DNA of 64,000 bases. Origin: Acidobacteriota bacterium. Lineage in GTDB: Bacteria; Acidobacteriota; Vicinamibacteria; Vicinamibacterales; SCN-69-37. Shown piece by piece: positions 19,782 through 30,600 of the stretch. The stretch is from assembly GCA_947467605.1 (NCBI GenBank), contig CANIII010000001.1:125241-189240 (forward strand). Direction: 5' to 3'. Made by a program: the position numbers and the translations under genes. The stretch's first letter is position 1; the number at the start of each line of letters is the position of its first letter. Below the pieces are notes generated by a model that was given only the letters and a program-made list of their open reading frames with translations, was not told where the DNA came from and made no database searches.

Positions 19782-19882
19782 CGTTCAATGCCTTTCATAG
19801 AGTTTCCAGCCGGTATCAATTTTCGGAAGAATCCTCATCACAGCGTGGCTACTCGGCGTCTGGGTGGCTGTCAAATGATTAC

Positions 19883-19910
19883 GGGGCGGAGAGATCGCTC
19901 TCTCCGCCCC
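19883..19910. terminator. Perfect 12-bp stem / 4-nt loop hairpin (GGGGCGGAGAGA-TCGC-TCTCTCCGCCCC)
   Basis: Read directly from the sequence. It lies 63 nt downstream of the nrdJ stop on the minus strand. On the plus strand it is followed by GCCAGTTTTCC. It may act as a bidirectional terminator separating nrdJ from the island. Confidence 0.55.
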
Positions 19911-19931
19911 GCCAGTTTTCCTATGAAGCTC

Positions 19932-19955
19932 GCCGCCCTTGAAGATCAGGGCGGC
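19932..19955 (-). terminator. 7-bp GC hairpin (GCCGCCC-N10-GGGCGGC) just downstream of nrdJ
   Basis: Read directly from the sequence. It begins 18 nt after the nrdJ stop and has no U-tract. Confidence 0.35.
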
Positions 19956-19972
19956 CTACGTACGGCTCTTGT

Positions 19973-22789
<2,817 letters not shown>

Positions 22790-23044
22790 CTTCTGTCTCT
22801 TCTTTCTACGAAATAGCCCTCAGGCTTTTTTCGTATATGACTTCGTCTAACGCCACAACACACGACCAACGATTCCTACAACCCGTACAGCACGTTCTTC
22901 ACTTCGTTTGGCCGCCAACCAGGAGCCCTGCCCGACTCTTTGCCTCAACGCGCGTGAGCGCGAGAAAACCGTGAGAAGAGCTCAGCTTCACGCTGACAAA
23001 ACGCTGGGATCGTTTTGTCGACGGCTGATTGGTGCCGGACGACG

Positions 23045-23073
23045 AATATGCGCCCCCTTTGATTTGTTGTCAA
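23045..23073 (-). promoter_or_regulatory. Candidate sigma70-type promoter for nrdJ (TTGACA-17 nt-CATATT)
   Basis: On the minus strand, the -35 TTGACA is at 23073..23068 and the -10 CATATT at 23050..23045, with a 17-nt spacer. It lies directly downstream of the NrdR-like boxes and implies a ~245-nt leader. Confidence 0.35.
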
Positions 23074-23081
23074 GCGGGAAC

Positions 23082-23097
23082 CCACGACATATTGTGG
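23082..23097 (-). promoter_or_regulatory. NrdR-box-like palindrome (CCACGACATATTGTGG)
   Basis: 16-nt imperfect palindrome with an ATAT core flanked by CAC/GTG, matching the general NrdR box pattern (acaCwAtATaTwGtgt). It lies upstream of nrdJ. Confidence 0.5.
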
Positions 23098-23111
23098 TTC
23101 GGAAAACCGTA

Positions 23112-23129
23112 CCACGCCAGATATTGACA
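23112..23129 (-). promoter_or_regulatory. Second, more degenerate NrdR-box-like site (CCACGCCAGATATTGACA)
   Basis: It begins exactly 30 nt from the first box and shares CCACG.C..ATATTG. Tandem boxes about three helical turns apart are the usual NrdR arrangement. Confidence 0.4.
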
Positions 23130-23234
23130 ATTTCGCTCGACAGGTGCTGCAGTTCCTTCACCTGCCCTATTTTTCTTCGCGTGGAAAATGACCAAATCGG
23201 GTGCAGTACCCGAGATGAAATGACACGATGACGC

Positions 23235-23987
23235 ATGAGCGACGAAGAGCCTCAAACGCGCGTGCCCAGCCGCTGGGCCGCCGCGTTTCAGGTCCTGATT
23301 TGCTGCGGTCAAATCCCCACCCAGACGTCCATCGCGGCACTCCTCATGGTCATCGGCGTCACGCCCGAACTGAACGGTCAGGTGACCCTCCGCTTCTTCG
23401 CCGCCCTCACCCTCCTCGACACCGTCGTTGTCATCGCGCTGATGCGCCTGTTCCTCACGGACGGCGGCGAGTCGCCGAAACGGGTGTTCTTTGGCCCACG
23501 TGAACGCGCGCATGGGCCCTACAATCTCGAGCGCGAGACCGGGCTCGGCATCATCTTCACGCCCATTGTGCTCGTCGGCGCCCTCGGCGTCGTGGCCCTA
23601 CTGAAAGTATTCATTCCGGTACTACACAACGTGCCGGTGAGCCCGTTCGAGTCGTACTTCGACACCCCACTGCGGGCGCTGGCCTTTACGGTGGTGGCGA
23701 TGGTTGCGGGCGGAGTCCGAGAAGAACTGCAGCGCGGCTTTTTACTGCATCGCTTTGACCAGCGCCTCGGCGGCATGAAGGCCGGGCTGGCGATCTACAG
23801 CATCGTGTTTGGCGTCGCTCACTACACCCAAGGATGGGACGTCGCGATCGCCACCGGCCTGCTCGGCCTTTTCTGGGGCTACCTCTACATGAAGCGCCGC
23901 TCCGTCGTCGCGTCGATGGTCAGCCACGCCGGATTCAACGGGACGCAGGTGTTGCAGCAGATGGTCGTCAAGATCCTGATCAGGTGA
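23235..23987 (+). CDS. CPBP-family intramembrane glutamic endopeptidase (CAAX protease/Abi family)
   Basis: Multi-pass membrane protein with CPBP motifs: GGVREELQRGFLLHR (EExxxR), FGVAHY, and SHAGFNG. Confidence 0.8.
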   Translation: MSDEEPQTRVPSRWAAAFQVLICCGQIPTQTSIAALLMVIGVTPELNGQVTLRFFAALTLLDTVVVIALMRLFLTDGGESPKRVFFGPRERAHGPYNLERETGLGIIFTPIVLVGALGVVALLKVFIPVLHNVPVSPFESYFDTPLRALAFTVVAMVAGGVREELQRGFLLHRFDQRLGGMKAGLAIYSIVFGVAHYTQGWDVAIATGLLGLFWGYLYMKRRSVVASMVSHAGFNGTQVLQQMVVKILIR

Positions 23988-24158
23988 GCGGGTAAGCGGG
24001 TGAGCGGGTATAGCGGGTGCTCAGGTGAGCGGGTGCGTCGGGTGCGCAGGTGCCCAGGTGCTCAGGTGCGCGGGTGCACCCGCTCACCTGATTTACCGGC
24101 TCACCTGAGCACCCGCTATACCTGCTCACCCGCTTACCCGCTCACCCGCCTACCTGAT
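23979..24158. repeat. 180-nt palindromic element made of ~8-nt tandem units (GGTGNNCR), filling the gap between two convergent genes
   Basis: Read directly from the sequence. The left half is gtgagcgg gtaagcgg gtgagcgg gtatagcgg gtgctcag gtgagcgg gtgcgtcgg gtgcgcag gtgcccag gtgctcag gtgcgcgg gtgcaccc. The right half is its imperfect reverse complement. The dyad centre GGGTG|CACCC is at 24076/24077. The outer ~45-nt arms are almost identical. Confidence 0.9.
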
Positions 24159-24800
24159 TATTCGTATCTCCGCGCGCTGTTTGAGCGACTCGGTCCATTC
24201 TTTGATGCGGCTGGCGCGGCGGTCGGCGGCGACGCGGCGGCGCACGTCGGCTTCGACGGTCGCGAACTCCGGCGTGGATCCGGCGACGGCGAAATCGGCT
24301 TCGTGCTCGCGGAAGTACGCGAGTGCCTGTTCGCGCGTCGGTTGGGCGGCCGCGGTGAAGCGCGAGTCGATGTAGGCCGCCATCCGCAAATCGTCGCGCA
24401 GCCAGGCCATCAACCCCGACTCGCGCATGCCGGCGCCGGCAAGTGTGGTCGCCATGTCAGCGCCTGCGGGCAGGGTCGCGAGCCAGGCAGTGCGGCGCGC
24501 GGCCAGCTGCTCTGCGGTCGGCTCCACGGGCGCGTAGCGCGCGACCTCGAGCAGCATGAGGCGACGCTCAATCAACCGCGTGACGAGCGTGTCATCGTCC
24601 ATCGATGCCGCCTGCGCCACGAGGCCCAACCGCCGCGCCGCGCGTACGTCCGACTGCGTGACGACATCGCCATTGACGACGGCGAGCATCCGATCGAGAA
24701 CAACGTCCTGCGCGCGTGCCGAGCTGGACAACAGGCTGATGAGCAGGAGCACCTGAACGGTTCTCAAAACGCTTCTCCGATCGAGAAGTGAAACTCCCAT
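24150..24800 (-). CDS. SurA N-terminal-domain-like periplasmic chaperone (no PPIase domain visible)
   Basis: It has a signal peptide, then DRMLAVVNGDVVTQSDV (a SurA_N-like start), and is helical and Arg/Ala-rich. The ATG at 24800 lies inside bamA. An alternative TTG at 24767 would give a TTGA overlap with the bamA stop. Confidence 0.6.
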   Translation of the reverse strand: MGVSLLDRRSVLRTVQVLLLISLLSSSARAQDVVLDRMLAVVNGDVVTQSDVRAARRLGLVAQAASMDDDTLVTRLIERRLMLLEVARYAPVEPTAEQLAARRTAWLATLPAGADMATTLAGAGMRESGLMAWLRDDLRMAAYIDSRFTAAAQPTREQALAYFREHEADFAVAGSTPEFATVEADVRRRVAADRRASRIKEWTESLKQRAEIRIIR

Positions 24801-27697
24801 CGCCGTGCATCCGTCGTGCGGAGTGCGCCGACCTTCCAGCCAACGTCGAACCGCAGCGGCCCGAGCGGCGAGCGGTAGCGGATGCCGGCGCCGACGCTGG
24901 TGCGCAGATCGCCGAGCCGCATCTCGCCTACCCGCGCGAAGACGCTGCCGGTGTCGAGGAAGGTTGCCAGTCCGAGCTCGCGAGTGATCGCGGTACGGAT
25001 CTCGGCGTTGAACACCATCAGCCCGTTGCCGCCATTGGACAGACCGTTCTCATCGAGAATGTTGGCCGCACCGAGGCGATCCTGCTGGAAGCCGCGCACC
25101 GTCGTGCTGCCACCCGAGAAGAAGCGCTGACTCGCGGGCACGAGCTCCACCTCGGCGCCGTTGATCGTCTGCGCGAAGCCGCGCACGAGGCCCACGCGCG
25201 CGCCACCCGCGAGCACGACTCGGGGCGCGGCCTCGAGGCGTCGATACGCGAATCCCTGCAAAAACACCTTCGCGAAGCCGACCTGCGATCCAATCGCACG
25301 CATCCCAAGGTTCGCGTCCGCGCTCACCTGCGAGCCATCACTCGGCGAGAGCTGGTCGTTGCGCGTGTCGCGCAGCACGCTCGTCGAGAGCACCGACAAA
25401 CGCACCTGCGGGAACAGCCGGTCCACGAGCAGTTGCTCGTTCGCCGCGATGCGCTGATTGGAGAGCTTCACGCGCTCGAGCGAATAGCCCGCGATGAACG
25501 ACGCATGCCGGCTCTGGAGGCGACGCAACATCTGCACGCTGCCGTTCTCACGCAGGAAGTTGAAGCTGTTGCGAATCGCCTGTTCGACCGCGACGCTGGC
25601 CAGCCCCTGAGCATTCCAGCCAAACAGACTGGGTTCACGAAACGAACCATCCACCCGGTATTCGCTGAAGCCGCAGCACTTGCCGTCGCGCGTCGGATCG
25701 TCGGGCTCATCGCGCGGCCGCAGGCTGACGCCCGAGTTGAAGTTGATCGAGCGGTTCTTGCCCCACAAGTTCGTCCGGCCGATTTCAAATGACGCGCGCG
25801 GCGCGATCTCGAACTTGTCGACCGTGGCCAGCTGGCCGTTCTCAATGACCGACCGGGCGCGCAGGCCGGCCTCAAGACCGCCGCCATACACAATCGACGT
25901 CGTCGGCGACTCTTCCACCGTGATGACCAGGTCCGTGCCCGATTCGCCAGGATGGAGCACCTCCGTGATCGACACGCGCCGGAAGAAGCCCATCGCCGAG
26001 AGGCGCTGCTGCAGTGCCCCGCGCGCGGCCATGCCGAGCGGCTGGCCGGGCGTGAGGGCCACTGCGGCGCGGATGGTGGCATCGCTCACGCGCTTGTTGC
26101 CCGCGATGATCACGTGGTCGAGCACCGTCTGCGCGCCTTCGCTGACGACATCCACCTGAATGGTGACGCGCGTGCGGTCGTCGGTGAGCTTCGTACGCAG
26201 CTCGATGACCGCGGAACCGTAGCCGCGTTCATCGAACTTCTGTCGAATCGCCTCGCGATCGCTCGAGACAAACGCCGCGAGGTACGGCCCGTCGCGCTTG
26301 AGCCGCATGGCCGAGAGCACCTCGGTGATCGAGAGCTTCGACGCGCCCGTGACCACGACATCGGCAACCTTTGTTTGCACGCCCTCGTCGATGACCAAGC
26401 GCTCAACCACGCGCGGATCGTCGCCGGGCTTTGAAGCCGCGAGTTCCGTGGCGGTGGCCGTGAGGGTGGCCGCGGCATACCCCTGCTGTCGGTACGCGTC
26501 GCGAAGGGCCGCAACACCACGCGCGACCTTCGACTCGTCGAAGAGCGCATCGCGCTCCAGCGCCACCATCGCGGTGATCGCATCCGGCGTCATCTGCGTG
26601 TTGCCTGAGACCTCCAGCCGTTCGAAGCGATATCGCAGACCGCGCGTCACGGTGATCGTGATCACCTTACCGGCCGTCGTCGTGGACTTCTCGAACTTCG
26701 CCCGGCCCTTCCAGTACCCGTCACGGCGCAACGCAGACTCGATGCGGCGCACCGAATCTTCGAGCAGGTCGTCATCCACCGACCCTTCGCGCTTCACGGG
26801 CACGAGCTCACTGTCTTTGCCGGGCAGCGGATCGCCGGCGAATTTCAGGATGACGGGCACCGCGGACTCGACGGTGATCACCACATCGGCGCTGCGCCCG
26901 TCCGCCGAGATGACGTCGCGCACGTGCGAGACGGTGGCTTCGTAGTAACCGCGCCCGCGCAGATCCTCGATGAGCGCGTCGAGACCCAGATCAATCTCTC
27001 GACTGCGATACGGCTGGCCGACGGCCACGGCCGCGCGCTTGAGCACGGTGGCCGGCGCCAGCGGAGACGCGCCTTCCACTTTCGCGCTGGTGATGATGGT
27101 CAGGGGGCCGGGCACCACCGTCAGCACGAGCGTTGCGCGATCGGGCAGATGCGAGGTCTCGATCGCGGGCCGCACCTGCGCCTGTCGAAAGCCACGATCC
27201 GCGAGCGTGCGTTCGACAGCCCGGGCCGCCGCATCAGCCTGGGCACCGCGCGGCAAACCGTTGAAGCGCTGGCGCAGATCTCGCTCGAGCGCATCCGCGA
27301 GATCAGACGTGACGCCAGCGAACGCGACGCGATCCACCGGATGTCGCGGCACGAGATCAAAGATCAACTCGATGCCGACGCCCGACAAGACGCCGCGCAC
27401 GCGGATGTCGTCGAAGCGTCCGGCGCTGTGCATCTGCGTGATGCTGGCGCGCAACTCGGCGAGGTTGAGCGGCTTGTTACGTTGCACATCGAGCAAGGCC
27501 ATCAACTCGGGCTCGTCGGTGCGGTGGCCTTCAACGTCCATGTGAATGGCGGTGACGATCCGGCCAGACAGCCGATCGATCGCGTCGGCCTGCTGTGTCG
27601 TCACGGGGCCCGGCGCGGACTGCGCGCGCACCGCGGACGGTACGAGCGTCAACGCACCGGCGAGGCACGACGATGCGACGCTACGCGCGATGCGCAT
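24764..27697 (-). CDS. bamA: Outer membrane protein assembly factor BamA (long, multi-POTRA)
   Basis: 977 aa, with a signal peptide and repeated POTRA-like segments (I..I.v.G......i.....l..G..). The C-terminal Omp85/D15 barrel ends in WEFHFSIGEAF (aromatic terminal residue). Confidence 0.9.
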   Translation of the reverse strand: MRIARSVASSCLAGALTLVPSAVRAQSAPGPVTTQQADAIDRLSGRIVTAIHMDVEGHRTDEPELMALLDVQRNKPLNLAELRASITQMHSAGRFDDIRVRGVLSGVGIELIFDLVPRHPVDRVAFAGVTSDLADALERDLRQRFNGLPRGAQADAAARAVERTLADRGFRQAQVRPAIETSHLPDRATLVLTVVPGPLTIITSAKVEGASPLAPATVLKRAAVAVGQPYRSREIDLGLDALIEDLRGRGYYEATVSHVRDVISADGRSADVVITVESAVPVILKFAGDPLPGKDSELVPVKREGSVDDDLLEDSVRRIESALRRDGYWKGRAKFEKSTTTAGKVITITVTRGLRYRFERLEVSGNTQMTPDAITAMVALERDALFDESKVARGVAALRDAYRQQGYAAATLTATATELAASKPGDDPRVVERLVIDEGVQTKVADVVVTGASKLSITEVLSAMRLKRDGPYLAAFVSSDREAIRQKFDERGYGSAVIELRTKLTDDRTRVTIQVDVVSEGAQTVLDHVIIAGNKRVSDATIRAAVALTPGQPLGMAARGALQQRLSAMGFFRRVSITEVLHPGESGTDLVITVEESPTTSIVYGGGLEAGLRARSVIENGQLATVDKFEIAPRASFEIGRTNLWGKNRSINFNSGVSLRPRDEPDDPTRDGKCCGFSEYRVDGSFREPSLFGWNAQGLASVAVEQAIRNSFNFLRENGSVQMLRRLQSRHASFIAGYSLERVKLSNQRIAANEQLLVDRLFPQVRLSVLSTSVLRDTRNDQLSPSDGSQVSADANLGMRAIGSQVGFAKVFLQGFAYRRLEAAPRVVLAGGARVGLVRGFAQTINGAEVELVPASQRFFSGGSTTVRGFQQDRLGAANILDENGLSNGGNGLMVFNAEIRTAITRELGLATFLDTGSVFARVGEMRLGDLRTSVGAGIRYRSPLGPLRFDVGWKVGALRTTDARRWEFHFSIGEAF

Positions 27698-30600
27698 CAG
27701 AAACGGTGACGGACCCGAAAATCGAGCGCGAACGACTGGTCTTCATTCTTGGACAACACCCATGACAGCTGGTCGTTCTGATCGTACTCAAGGAGGATCA
27801 CTTCCGCGCGGCCGGTGTTGAGGGCACGCGTGTAGGTGACGAAGACGCGATCAGACACGCGCTTGCCCAAGGTGACGCGCGCCGTCGGACTGAGCTGCGC
27901 GGTGTCGCTGAGGCCGAGCAGCGGCGTGATCTGCACGGTATCGACGCCGAGCGTCCGCTCCATCACCTTGCCGACCTGCGACGAGAGCGGGCTGGTGAGA
28001 AGCCGCGCGGCGCTGGCCTGCAGCAAGTTGACGTTCGCGCGCTGGCTGGCATCCAGCGCGTGGAGCTCCGCCTCGTTGAGTTTGGTGGGATCAGTCTCGC
28101 CAAACAGCAGCGAGACGATGTCGATCTGCGGCAACTGCGGATCGGAGGAGAGTGCCGGGATCAGTCGCTCGGTGGTGCCGGACACGGCCACGGTCACACG
28201 ATACATCTGGCCGTACTGGAAGCCGTTGCCGTTGCGCACACGAATACGCGTCTCCGCTTCGAGATCAAACACCGGCTCAATCGCGGCCGGATTGGTGAAC
28301 TCGACGGCGCCGCGCGTCACCACGTAGCGATTGCCCTGGAAGGTCGCGTCGCCGCGATTGATGTCAACGCGGCCGGTGATCGATGGGTGATCGTACGATC
28401 CGCGCACGGTCAAGTCACCGCTGGCGACGATGTGCGCGAGGGCATTGTCGATGCGCAGCGTCTGCGGCGCGATGATCTGCACTTCGTAAGTGAGGGGGAT
28501 GCCGGTGTCGGCCGTGGTGCCAGTGATGGCCCCGCCGGACGTGACGGCTTCGGCCGCGCCAAATCCCAGCAGCCCCATCTCGCTATCGAGTTCGCGCGTC
28601 ATCGTGGCGTGCAGCACGTTGACGGTGCCGGAGAGTTCCGCTGCGGCCATCGTGCCGCGCACGGCCAGATCGGCGTTGAGCCGCGACTGAAAGCCTTCCG
28701 GGTAGCGCAACGTCATGTTGCGACCGGTGGCCGTCAGATTGAGCTCGTCCGGCAAGTACCCTTTGAGACCAATCGTGCCGCCGAGCTCCACATCGCCGCC
28801 GCCGAGTTTGCCGTGCACGCCGTCGAGACGCACGCCGTCAGCATCGAAGAGCACGCGACCGCGAACGTCTTCGAAACTGTGCGGGAGCGCAAAGTGCCTG
28901 AGCCGTCCGCCGGTGAGCGTCGCGCTGCCGGCAAACTGCGGCTCGCGCATGTTGCCGCTGATGCTGGCGGTAATCTCCGCCGCGCCAGAGCTGCGCAGGT
29001 CGGGGAAGAACGCCTGCAGCACCGCGAGATTGGCGCCGCCGACCGTCTTGATCGACACCTGTTCGTCGGTCAGCGACACGTCGCCGGTGACGTCGAGCTG
29101 CGTGTCTTCGCCCGCCAGACGCATGCGCCCCACATGGAAGGTGTTGTCGCCGAACGTCATGTGGATCGGGCCGTCGTTGTGCAACGGGTAGTCGAAGAGG
29201 CGCAGATCGGCTTTGTCGACCGTGACATCCACGCTGAGATATCGCAGATCCATCAACTCGCCCGAGACGCGCACTGAGCCACTGACCAGCGCCGACGCGT
29301 AGGGCGAGATCTTTGTCTGCGGCGCAATCAGGCGCAGGTACGGATCGATCGCCGTGTTGGTGACACGCAGCGACAACTCAGCATCGAGCTCGTCGTTCAT
29401 CGCGACACGTCCGGCCCCGGAGATACTCAGGCGCGGCGACGCCGCTTCCAGCTGATCAATGACGACGGTCTTCTTGAGATAGTGCAGGCGGCTCGACACC
29501 TGACCGATGCCCTCGTCGCCCGCGTAGAGGTCGGCGATCGACCCGCGCGCCTCGTATGTCGGATCGAGTGAACTGCCGGTGCCACTCGCCGTGAACTGTA
29601 ACAACCCCGACAGTGGCGCTTGCGGGAATCGCCAGGTATCGAGCGACTCCACCGGAATGCGCTGGCCATCGAAATTGAACGAATACGTGGAGGTGTGCCA
29701 GTCGCTGAACGCCGCACCGCGCACGATGCCCGTGCTCTTGTGCAGTTCGATACCGTCCGTGCGCACGCCGGCGTATTCGAATCGCAAACTGGCCGTGGCC
29801 CACTCGAAAGATTCTTTCCAGGCCACGCTCTCATCGAACCGCAAACTGCCGAAGCCGTCGGGGCGGTCGTAGCCACCATACAGATGCAATTCCGCGCTGG
29901 CGAGACCATCAATCGGCCAATCGTCCATACGGAATGCATGGCGGAACTCGCGAATCGGCCACCGCGTGATCGTGATGCGGCCATCGAGCTCCTGGCCACG
30001 ATCCTTGCGAGGATAGCCAAGCGAGTACCGCCCGCTGGTCACGATGGTGCCGCCGAAGCGCTCGAAGGTCGCGTCGGTGACGTCCGCATATTCATTCTCG
30101 ATCACCGCGCGTCCACGCGTGCGTCCCCAATCCACATCCCAGTAGCGCAGGTGATCGCCGCTGAACGTGCCTTCGATGTGCGGCTTCCAGAAGGCCTTGG
30201 TCATCACGCCATCAAACGTGGCGACGCCGCCCACTTCGATCGGCGTCGATGTCGAGTGGAATGCACCCAGGAGTTCGACCAGCAGCCGATCGCTCTCCTG
30301 CAGATCGGTGCTGGTGAGGTGAAACGGCATCAAGGAGTTGTCGCCGTATTCCGTGCGCCCGTGAAACCCGAGATAGGTGCGCGGAGTCGCGATCCAGCTC
30401 CCCTCCGCCGCTTCCATGTATTTCGGCGCCCACGTGTACTTCACGCTGCCGCTCACCTTGTAGGGACTGAGCCGACGCGATACGTCCCACGGATCTTCCT
30501 TCGGCGCGGGTTGAATGCCGTCGGGCAGTCCCGGGCTGGTCAACGCCGCATTGTCGGGCGCCACAGACGCGATCTCACCATCACCGACCTTGGTCGCACC

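Noticed and set aside
22790-23044. Possible cobalamin riboswitch in the nrdJ leader.
   Set aside because: I could not find a B12-box-like core (GCCACTG-type) or the usual conserved GGGAA/GGTG junction elements by eye. Class II RNR genes are not typical cobalamin riboswitch targets. Only an Infernal search could settle it.
24000-24791. 263-aa plus-strand ORF beginning inside the palindromic repeat.
   Set aside because: Its N-terminus is a translation of the 8-mer repeat array. The rest is antisense to the SurA-like gene, and it has no motif.
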